DNA of 64,000 nucleotides, from NCBI GenBank assembly GCA_947074145.1, contig CAMTOJ010000007.1, forward strand, positions 42,742 to 106,741, given 5' to 3'. A program made the translations under genes and the position numbers. The notes under the pieces were generated by a model. That model did not search any database and had not been told where the DNA came from. It saw only the letters and a program-made list of their open reading frames with translations. This document shows positions 57,301 through 64,000 of the stretch, one piece after another (the first letter of the stretch is position 1; each line of letters starts with the position of its first letter). The DNA comes from an uncultured Bacteroidales bacterium. GTDB lineage: Bacteria > Bacteroidota > Bacteroidia > Bacteroidales > JAUNSR01.

Positions 57301-58380
57301 GAAAACGAAGTACTTGAAATCAAATTTTCTGATACAGGAATAGGTATTTCCGATAATGATAAAACTCATATATTCGATCGCTTCTATCAAGTGGATCATC
57401 CTCATAATTCGGGTAGTGGAATTGGCCTAAACATCGTTAAGGATTTTGTAAAACTTCACGAAGGGACAATCGAAGTTTATGACAATATCCCATCAGGTTC
57501 TCTTTTCATTATTCATCTACCTATAAGAAAACCTGTAGCAATCGAGAATTCTCATATTGAAGATAATAAATCAGAAATAATTGACGAGAACATATCTGAT
57601 TCAGATGTTGAAAGAAAGACGGCAACAAAAAAACCACAAGTTCTTATTGTTGACGATAATGATGATTTTCTTACATTCCTTTATGATAGTCTTAGTAAAA
57701 AATATGATGTTAAAATTGCAATAAACGGAAAAGAAGCATGGGAAATGATACCTGAATATATGCCGGATATCATAATCAGCGATGTTATGATGCCTGATAT
57801 GGATGGTAAAGAACTTTGCCGACTTGTTAAATCCAATGATAATACGGCTCATATTCCTTTGATTCTTCTCTCTGCAAGACATTCTGATGAATATAAACTT
57901 GAGGGACTTAAACTTGGTTGCGACGATTATATTACCAAACCTTTTAATCTTGATATTCTTAATTTAAAAATGCAAAAACTGATTAATCTTCATAATAAGC
58001 ATTACAGATCTAAAATTGATCCTTCTCCAAGTGAAATCAAGATTACTTCAATGGATGAGAAATTGATTGAAAGTGCGGTGAAATATGTAGAGAATAATAT
58101 TTCGAGAAGTGAACTTTCGGTTGAAGAGCTCAGTCAGGAACTTGGAATGAGTCGCGTGCATTTGTACAAGAAGCTTTTAGCTATAACCAATAAAACACCT
58201 ATCGAATTTATTCGAGTTATCAGATTGAAAAGAGCGGCTCAATTATTGCGTGAAAGTCAACAAAATGTATCAGAAATTGCATATCAGGTTGGGTTCAATA
58301 ATCCGAAGTATTTTAGTAAGTATTTCAGGGAAGAATTTGGTGAATTACCCTCTACATACCAAGAGAGACAGGGTAAATAA
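54331..58380 (+). CDS. Hybrid two-component system sensor/regulator (beta-propeller/Y_Y_Y sensor, HisKA, HATPase, REC, AraC HTH)
   Basis: Repeated propeller motifs (G.W.GT..GL), TM, H-box FFTNVSHDLRTPLT, GSGIGLNIV, REC LIVDDNDDF...ISDVMMPDMDG and HTH ...IAYQVGFNNPKYFSKYFREEFG. Confidence 0.9.
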   Translation: MTHLNSTKSVSIFIILFFIFSTLSANEYMFKHLEVKDGLSNNQINHIFKDSEGYMWFSTASGLNRYDGNQVKIFRSYDIEKGPLPDNYVYDVQEDIAKNLWIRTEEGYSVYIPETESFDKDIRARMWDIGIDGIPNLIYIDNHKNIWCYMGYHGVYSYNNETKSTSFISFKDENIEFGEIMNISECADGVLFIFNSGIVVCIDIINNNKKWIINEINKEIGSDKFEFFASFTDKDEDIWIYGPLGIWIYDYKNKVWNNNLKKYIREYSSNKMIRTITQDIDGLIWIGKDQDGIDIINKENGHIVSLNNCPDDERSLQNNTICSIYADRDKSMWVGTFKKGLSYYNESAFKFDINHIGDINCFEEDKNGIIWLGTNDGGLIKWNYKSNKKEVYTSSNTKNLNANVIVSLLKTHDGKLWIGTFWGGLSCYDNGKFINYMNKPGDKNSLANNNIWALTEDKKGNIWIGTLGCGIQKFNPKSGEFKTYNISTHGLPSDHVSSFFITKDNNMLIGTSRGIAIMDLKTEKITNISGTKSGTKSFSNMSINHVIEDSRGLIWIATRDLLNIYNPKNDELKIIKLEDGLSNQYVAGIVEDNNKNMWVSTARGVTNIIVETDGKNNYKYHCFPYDHKDGLLNCEFNQRSILKLSSGEILIGGLYGISGVSSGTFRYNKTEPNVIFTNLSLFNEEVVIGEKYDNNIILEKAINHTQSITLKFHQNIFSIQFSSDNYVLPEKMKYSYMLEGFHNEWLTTNIGKATFTNLAPGKYKLKVKATNNDGYSSSKISTLNIIISPPFWQTGYAYFLYAVCLILFLFIARYIILRIERNKYKIKQIENEALRNQELNDMKLRFFTNVSHDLRTPLTLILTPLDALIKEHKTDDNLSDKLKMIQRNGIRLLNLVNQLLDFRKGDVNGHQLNLSDGDIIEYINLICKSFGELSESKNVHLTFFSSIPSLTISFDEDKIGKVIMNLLSNAFKFTPKDGRVDVSVEVIKNLENEVLEIKFSDTGIGISDNDKTHIFDRFYQVDHPHNSGSGIGLNIVKDFVKLHEGTIEVYDNIPSGSLFIIHLPIRKPVAIENSHIEDNKSEIIDENISDSDVERKTATKKPQVLIVDDNDDFLTFLYDSLSKKYDVKIAINGKEAWEMIPEYMPDIIISDVMMPDMDGKELCRLVKSNDNTAHIPLILLSARHSDEYKLEGLKLGCDDYITKPFNLDILNLKMQKLINLHNKHYRSKIDPSPSEIKITSMDEKLIESAVKYVENNISRSELSVEELSQELGMSRVHLYKKLLAITNKTPIEFIRVIRLKRAAQLLRESQQNVSEIAYQVGFNNPKYFSKYFREEFGELPSTYQERQGK

Positions 58381-58429
58381 CAAAATGTACCCATTTATGA
58401 AACATATAATATAAACAAAAATCAAATAA

Positions 58430-58457
58430 GCCCTGTCAATACAACATTGATCAGGGC
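58430..58457 (+). terminator. Hairpin after the HTCS gene
   Basis: GCCCTGTCAAT / ATTGATCAGGGC with one bulge, followed by ATTATTATTTTT. Confidence 0.6.
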
Positions 58458-58462
58458 ATTAT

Positions 58463-58470
58463 TATTTTTG
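58463..58470 (+). promoter_or_regulatory. Candidate -7 box (TATTTTTG) for the GH31-GH2 operon
   Basis: Matches TAnnTTTG, 50 nt upstream of the ATG at 58521. Confidence 0.35.
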
Positions 58471-58520
58471 GTAATATAATTTTATCATCAGGAAATTAAA
58501 TCAATAATACGATAAAAATT

Positions 58521-61376
58521 ATGAGCGTGAAAAACACAATGTTTTGTTTAATAACAGGACTGACGATGATCTCTTGCCAAAGCAAGCCTTATGAAAAAAC
58601 TCACAATGGAATTATTGTTAACATAAAGGGTGATAAAAGCGGGGATGCTTCAAAAATAAGACTTCAGGTTTACGGAGATAAGCTTATCAGAGTATCTGCT
58701 ACTCCTGAGAAAAAATTTTCAAATAGAGAAAGTCTTATTATCTCGGGAACTCCCGGTAATTACGATTTCTCTGTACAAGAGACAGAACAAGATATTATTC
58801 TCTCTACTAAAAGTATTAAAGCAATAGTAGCAAAAAATACAGGAGAGGTAAAATTTACTGATCTTAATGATAAGATTATTTTATCTGAAAATACTGATGG
58901 TGGAAAAACATTCCAACCTATCACTGTTGATGGAACAAAACAGTATTCTGTAAGACAGGTTTTTAATTCCGACGATGATGAAGCATTCTTCGGTCTTGGA
59001 CAACATCAATCTGATGAGTTCAATTATAAAGGAAAAAATGAAGAACTCTTCCAGTACAATACAAAAGTTACTGTTCCGTTTATTGTTTCAAATAAAAACT
59101 ACGGAATACTTTGGGATAGTTATTCTTTATCGCGTTTTGGAGATCCGAGAGATTATTCTCAGCTTAATTCAAATTTTAAACTTTTCAACAAAGAGGGAAA
59201 AGAGGGAACTCTTACAGGAATATACACCAGTGCAGATGGAAAAAAAATAGTAAGAAATGAAGACTCCATCTATTATGAAAATCAAAAGTCAATTAAAAAT
59301 CTGCCTTCCCAATTCCCATTAATGGGATCAAATGTAATTTACGAAGGTGAGATTGAACCCCGAGAAAGCGGAAACTACAAATTCATTCTTTATTATGCAG
59401 GTTATGTAAAAGTCTTTATTGACAATAAAGAAGTTGTAGAGGAAAGATGGCGTACTGCATGGAATCCGAATAGTTATAAATTCAATTTAGATCTTGAACA
59501 AGGGAAACGCCTTCCTCTGAGAATTGAATGGATTCCGGATGGAAGCGAATCTTATTGTGGGTTGAGAGCTCTCTCTCCTATCACCCCAACAGAACAGAAT
59601 AAACAATCATGGTGGAGTGAAATGAATCCTGAAATAGATTATTATTTTATTGCCGGTTCAAACACAGACGATGTAATAAGCGGATATCGTTCACTTACAG
59701 GTAAATCTCAAATTATGCCTAAATGGGCCATGGGTTACTGGCAAAGTCGTGAAAAATATAATACTCAACAAGAGATAGTATCAGTTCTTAAAGAGTTCAG
59801 AGATAGAAAAATTCCTATTGATAATATCGTTCTTGACTGGAATTACTGGCCGGAAGATTCATGGGGTAGTCATAAATTTGATCACGAACGTTTTCCTAAC
59901 CCCAAAAAAATGGTTGAAGACATACATGATATGAATGCAAAAATAATGATCTCTGTATGGCCAAAATTCTATTGTACGACAGACAATTATAAGGCATTCG
60001 AACAAAACAACTGGATGTATCTTCAAGCTGTCAAAGACAGTATTCGTGACTGGGTAGGTCCGGGTTACGTTGGTTCTTTCTACGATGCATATTCAAAAGA
60101 AGCAAGACAAATGTTCTGGAATCAGATGCAGGAAAATCTTTATCCCCTTGGCATTGATGCATGGTGGATGGATGCAAGTGAGCCGAACGTACGCGATTGT
60201 ACTGATATTGAATATAGAAAAGCTCTTTGTGGTCCAACTGCTCTTGGTTCTTCTACTGAATATTTCAATGCTTACGCACTTGTTAATGCGGAAGCAATAT
60301 ATGACGGTCAAAGAAGTGTAGATCCCGACAAACGCGTATTTCTTCTTACACGTTCAGGTTTTGCAGGATTACAAAGATATTCAACAGCAACATGGAGTGG
60401 TGATATTGCTACAAGATGGGAAGATATGAAAGCTCAAATCTCGGCTGGATTAAACTTCGCTGTCAGCGGTATTCCTTATTGGACAATGGATATTGGTGGA
60501 TTCTGTGTTGAAAGTCGTTATGTGAAGGGACAGATTGAATATAATAATACAGGAAAAGAAAATTCAAATTACAAAGAATGGCGCGAATTAAATACTCGTT
60601 GGTATCAATTCGGTGCATTTGCTCCTCTTTTCCGTGCGCACGGTCAATATCCTTTCCGTGAAATATGGAACATAGCACCGGAAAATCATCCTGCATATAA
60701 ATCAGTTGTTTATTACACTAAATTAAGATACAGCATGCTGCCTTATATCTATTCTTTAGCAGGTATGACATATCTTGAAGATTATACTATTATGCGTCCA
60801 CTTATGATGGATTTTAATAACGATAAAGCATCGATGGAGATAGGCGATCAATTTATGTTTGGTCCATCATTAATGGTTTGTCCTGTTTATGAATATGGCG
60901 CAAGAAAACGTGATATTTATCTACCTGAAGGAAACACCTGGTATGATTTTTACACAGGTAAAACTTTACCTTGCGGAGCTCAAAATGTTAATGCCCCTTA
61001 TGAAAGAATACCGTTATATGTGAAATCCGGTTCTATCATTCCTTACGGTCCGGACATCCAATACAGCGACGAAAAACAGCCTGAAGAGATCAATCTCTTT
61101 GTTTACAAAGGAAATAACGGCTCATTTACTCTTTATGAAGATGAAGGTGTAAATTACAACTATGAAAAGGGTGAGTACGCAACAATCAAATTCGATTATG
61201 ATGAAGAAAACTCAACTCTTGTTATAGGTAAGAGAAAAGGAGAATTCCCGGGGATGTTAAAAAATCGCACATTCAACATTATTGTTGTAGATAAAAATAA
61301 ACCACAACCTTTTGATATGAAAGCAAAAGGCAAAAAGATAACTTATGATGGTCAATCTCAATTTGTCAAAATCTAA
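58521..61376 (+). CDS. GH31 alpha-xylosidase-type glycosidase lipoprotein with inserted PA14 domain
   Basis: Lipobox LTMISC. GH31 nucleophile region GIDAWWMDASEP. PA14-like insert at about aa 225-345 (nt 59193-59555: YEGEIEPRESGNYKFILYYAGYVKVFIDNKEV). Confidence 0.85.
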   Translation: MSVKNTMFCLITGLTMISCQSKPYEKTHNGIIVNIKGDKSGDASKIRLQVYGDKLIRVSATPEKKFSNRESLIISGTPGNYDFSVQETEQDIILSTKSIKAIVAKNTGEVKFTDLNDKIILSENTDGGKTFQPITVDGTKQYSVRQVFNSDDDEAFFGLGQHQSDEFNYKGKNEELFQYNTKVTVPFIVSNKNYGILWDSYSLSRFGDPRDYSQLNSNFKLFNKEGKEGTLTGIYTSADGKKIVRNEDSIYYENQKSIKNLPSQFPLMGSNVIYEGEIEPRESGNYKFILYYAGYVKVFIDNKEVVEERWRTAWNPNSYKFNLDLEQGKRLPLRIEWIPDGSESYCGLRALSPITPTEQNKQSWWSEMNPEIDYYFIAGSNTDDVISGYRSLTGKSQIMPKWAMGYWQSREKYNTQQEIVSVLKEFRDRKIPIDNIVLDWNYWPEDSWGSHKFDHERFPNPKKMVEDIHDMNAKIMISVWPKFYCTTDNYKAFEQNNWMYLQAVKDSIRDWVGPGYVGSFYDAYSKEARQMFWNQMQENLYPLGIDAWWMDASEPNVRDCTDIEYRKALCGPTALGSSTEYFNAYALVNAEAIYDGQRSVDPDKRVFLLTRSGFAGLQRYSTATWSGDIATRWEDMKAQISAGLNFAVSGIPYWTMDIGGFCVESRYVKGQIEYNNTGKENSNYKEWRELNTRWYQFGAFAPLFRAHGQYPFREIWNIAPENHPAYKSVVYYTKLRYSMLPYIYSLAGMTYLEDYTIMRPLMMDFNNDKASMEIGDQFMFGPSLMVCPVYEYGARKRDIYLPEGNTWYDFYTGKTLPCGAQNVNAPYERIPLYVKSGSIIPYGPDIQYSDEKQPEEINLFVYKGNNGSFTLYEDEGVNYNYEKGEYATIKFDYDEENSTLVIGKRKGEFPGMLKNRTFNIIVVDKNKPQPFDMKAKGKKITYDGQSQFVKI

Positions 61377-63882
61377 ATTTAAAGGAAAAACATTATTTTT
61401 CTTTTTGATAATATACTCATGTTGTTTTTTTTCATCCTGCACAGAAAGTAAGGGTAATGGTCGTATTACCAGTTCTTTCAATAAACAATGGAAATTTTCT
61501 CTTTCAGACGATCCTACGGCAAGTGATCCTGAATTTGATGATGATGATTGGCGTAGCCTTAATCTTCCACATGATTGGGCTATTGAAGGTGAATTTTCTG
61601 ACAAGCACCCCTCCGGTATTGGAGGGGGAGCCTTGCCGGGTGGAGTTGGCTGGTATAGGAAAAACTTTGATTATAAACTGGCAAATAAAGAAAATAAACT
61701 GTTTATCGACTTCGACGGTGTTTATATGAATTCCGAAGTTTTTATCAACGGAAAACTTCTTGGTAAACGCCCATACGGATATATATCTTTCAGGTATGAT
61801 CTTACTCCATATCTTAATGAGAATGGGAATAATCTGATAGCGGTAAGAGTTGACAACAAAGAGCAACCTAATTCTCGATGGTATTCTGGTTGTGGTATTT
61901 ATCGAAATGTTAAACTTACAGAAGTTTCTCCTATTCATGTTGATTTGTGGGGAATAAAGGTTACTACTCCTGAAGTATCTAAAGAGAGTGCAACAATATC
62001 TATAGAAACAACGATAAAAAATAATATCCAATCGGATTTTCCGATTATCGTTAAATCTGTTCTTTACGATAAAAAAGGGATAAAAGTTGGTGAATTTGAA
62101 TCTTTAGAGCAAATAAATACCAACAAAATTATAAGTTCTCACAACATAACTCTTTCAAATCCACATTTATGGTCTCCGGATGATCCATATCTATATACTC
62201 TTAAAACTATCGTTTATAACAACGGAATAGTTGTTGATAATATAGAAACTCCAACCGGAATACGCTCATTCCATTTCGACCACAAAGAAGGAATGATTCT
62301 TAACGGAAAGCCTACTAAAATAAACGGTGTTTGTATGCATCATGATTTAGGTTGTCTGGGTGCGGCTATCAATGTTCGTGCAATGGAACGTCAGCTTGAG
62401 ATTCTTAAAGAGATGGGATGCAACGGAATAAGAACTGCACATAATCCTCCTGCCCCTGAACTTCTGGATCTTTGCGACCAAATGGGATTCATAGTAATGG
62501 ATGAAACTTTTGATATGTGGAGTCGAAAAAAGACGAAACATGATTATTCCCGTTATTTCGCTGAATGGCATGAAAGAGATCTTACCGATCTTATTCTTCG
62601 CGATCGTAACCATCCTTCAATTTTCATGTGGAGTATAGGAAACGAGGTGCTTGAACAATGGCCAAATGCAAGTGCCGATAATCTTACTATAGAAGAAGCA
62701 AATCTTATCCTTAATCTTGGTCATGAACTTGATAGAAGTAATAAAGGAGAAATGAATGTAAATTCTATTTTATGTACCAAGCTTGCAAATATGGTAAAAG
62801 AGCTCGATCCAACTCGTCCGGTTACGGCAGGTTGCAACGAACCGGATCCTGATAATAATCTTTTCCGTTCCGGCTCGCTAGATATCATCGGATATAACTA
62901 TCAAGATAGTTGGTTTACAAAAGTTCCCGAAAACTTTCCCGGGAAACCGTTCATTGTAACAGAAAGTGTTTCTGCTCTTATGACTCGAGGATACTATCGC
63001 ATGCCAAGTGATATGGATTTTCTTTGGCCTGAAAGATGGGATAAAGATTTCTACGATGAGACTTTCTCGTGCTCTTCATATGACCATTGTCGCACTCCTT
63101 GGGGCAACCGTCATGAAGGAACAATGAGACATCTTAAAAATAATAAATTTATAAGCGGTCAATATGTTTGGACAGGTTTTGATTATATCGGAGAACCTAC
63201 CCCATTCGGATGGCCGGCCAGAAGTTCTTTCTTCGGAATAATCGATCTTGCCGGATTCCCTAAAGATGTATATTATATGTATCAAGCGGAGTGGAACAAT
63301 AAAGATGTTCTGCATCTTTTCCCTCACTGGAATTGGAAAGATGGACAAGATATTGATCTTTGGGCATATTATAATAATGCCGATGAAGTTGAACTGTTCG
63401 TTAACGGAGTTTCTCAAGGTGTAAAAAATAAGGGAATAGATGATTTCCATGTAATGTGGCGTGTGAAATATACACCCGGTACTATTAAAGCCGTATCACG
63501 CAAAAACGGAAAGAAAGTAAAAGAACATGAGATAAAAACCGCCGGTGAACCTCATCACATTCGTCTTTCTGCCGATCGAAATATGATTGATAAAGATGGC
63601 AAAGATCTTAGTTTCATAACAGTAAGTGTTCATGACAAGGATGGAAACATCTGTCCCAATGCCGATCATCTTATCAATTTTGATGTAAAAGGTGTTGCAT
63701 ATATAGCCGGCGTAGACAATGGAAATCCCACTTCTCTTGAATCTTTCAAAACACCTTTCAGAAAAGTATTCAACGGCAAAGCTCTTGTTGTACTTCAAAA
63801 CGATGGTACAAGAGGTACTGCGGTTCTAACTGCTTCTTCTGAGAAACTGGAGTCGGCAAAAATAAAAATCGAAGCTTTATAA
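61345..63882 (+). CDS. GH2 beta-galactosidase-type glycosidase lipoprotein
   Basis: WRSLNLPHDWAIEG and acid/base in FMWSIGNEV, with sugar-binding, Ig-like and TIM-barrel order. Lipobox FFSSC. ATGATG start overlaps the GH31 3' end by 32 nt. Confidence 0.85.
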   Translation: MMVNLNLSKSKFKGKTLFFFLIIYSCCFFSSCTESKGNGRITSSFNKQWKFSLSDDPTASDPEFDDDDWRSLNLPHDWAIEGEFSDKHPSGIGGGALPGGVGWYRKNFDYKLANKENKLFIDFDGVYMNSEVFINGKLLGKRPYGYISFRYDLTPYLNENGNNLIAVRVDNKEQPNSRWYSGCGIYRNVKLTEVSPIHVDLWGIKVTTPEVSKESATISIETTIKNNIQSDFPIIVKSVLYDKKGIKVGEFESLEQINTNKIISSHNITLSNPHLWSPDDPYLYTLKTIVYNNGIVVDNIETPTGIRSFHFDHKEGMILNGKPTKINGVCMHHDLGCLGAAINVRAMERQLEILKEMGCNGIRTAHNPPAPELLDLCDQMGFIVMDETFDMWSRKKTKHDYSRYFAEWHERDLTDLILRDRNHPSIFMWSIGNEVLEQWPNASADNLTIEEANLILNLGHELDRSNKGEMNVNSILCTKLANMVKELDPTRPVTAGCNEPDPDNNLFRSGSLDIIGYNYQDSWFTKVPENFPGKPFIVTESVSALMTRGYYRMPSDMDFLWPERWDKDFYDETFSCSSYDHCRTPWGNRHEGTMRHLKNNKFISGQYVWTGFDYIGEPTPFGWPARSSFFGIIDLAGFPKDVYYMYQAEWNNKDVLHLFPHWNWKDGQDIDLWAYYNNADEVELFVNGVSQGVKNKGIDDFHVMWRVKYTPGTIKAVSRKNGKKVKEHEIKTAGEPHHIRLSADRNMIDKDGKDLSFITVSVHDKDGNICPNADHLINFDVKGVAYIAGVDNGNPTSLESFKTPFRKVFNGKALVVLQNDGTRGTAVLTASSEKLESAKIKIEAL

Positions 63883-63894
63883 ACTATCTTAAAC

Positions 63895-64000
63895 ATGAAA
63901 AATAAACTGTTAATTGGCTCTGCGCTATTCTACTCTGTTTTCTCTTTGAATGCTCAGTTGCCGGTATATCTTGACAAAAAACTTTCCATCGATCTTCGTG
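63895..64000 (+). CDS. 3'-truncated secreted protein, probably a GH3 beta-glucosidase
   Basis: Open to the window end: MKNKLLIGSALFYSVFSLNAQLPVYLDKKLSIDLR. A signal peptide followed by PxYxD..LsI..R resembles BglX-type GH3 N-termini, and the PUL context supports it. Confidence 0.4.
   Translation, partial: MKNKLLIGSALFYSVFSLNAQLPVYLDKKLSIDLR

Noticed and set aside
61504-62031. 175-aa minus-strand ORF, plus 61257..61604, 62347..62613, 63076..63450 and 63496..63798, inside the GH31 and GH2 genes
   Set aside because: All are antisense to glycoside hydrolase genes with strong motif support. They are Ile/Phe/Asn-rich shadow frames.
1-64000. tRNA, rRNA, tmRNA, CRISPR, transposase or defence-system genes
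   Set aside because: I scanned the intergenic regions longer than 100 bp and the ORF list. I found no T-loop-like GGTTCGAATCC outside coding sequence, no rRNA-like GC-rich blocks, and no nuclease, methylase, integrase or toxin-antitoxin-like gene pairs.

Overview
Low-GC (roughly one third G+C by eye) chromosomal segment from a Bacteroidota, Bacteroidales-like genome. Supporting signs are many lipoprotein signal peptides, a SusC/SusD polysaccharide utilization locus (PUL) with a hybrid two-component regulator, a T9SS C-terminal sorting domain, TAnnTTTG-type -7 boxes and short or absent Shine-Dalgarno spacing. I call 51 protein-coding genes, two of them cut by the window edges. I found no rRNA, tRNA, CRISPR array, integrase, transposase or obvious defence genes. 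All calls rest on reading the supplied translations for family motifs from memory; no homology search was run.

Layout:
- 0-5.5 kb: housekeeping genes.
- 5.6-11.1 kb: a TonB receptor / DUF4249 / CotH-kinase operon.
- 11-27 kb: mixed stress and housekeeping genes (YaaA, glutamate decarboxylase, Dps, EmrAB-TolC-type efflux, UmuDC, PhoH, PurC, UbiE).
- 27.7-31 kb: a GtrA / GT2 / GT-C glycosylation triad.
- 35.7-43.9 kb: the most unusual locus. It encodes a secreted flavodoxin-like protein, a membrane NapH-like polyferredoxin fused to a NapG-like periplasmic ferredoxin, a Tat-exported aldo/keto reductase carrying a 2x[4Fe-4S] tail, a BtuB-sized TonB-dependent receptor and a small permease-like protein. 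Next to it sit an AraC regulator, a secreted cupin and tatA. A conserved operator-like motif precedes at least two of the transcription units.
- 45.6-64 kb: a xyloglucan-type PUL (SusC, SusD, surface glycan-binding protein (SGBP), BACON-GH5, HTCS, PA14-GH31, GH2, start of a probable GH3).

Other observations: a family of perfect 16-bp palindromes (ACACCTTGCAAGGTGT) occurs in composite ~70-80 bp units at three intergenic sites, with one paired substitution that preserves a possible stem. Two proteins look like pseudoenzymes: a pentein fold without the expected Cys and His, and an LMW-PTP/ArsC fold without the CX5R loop.
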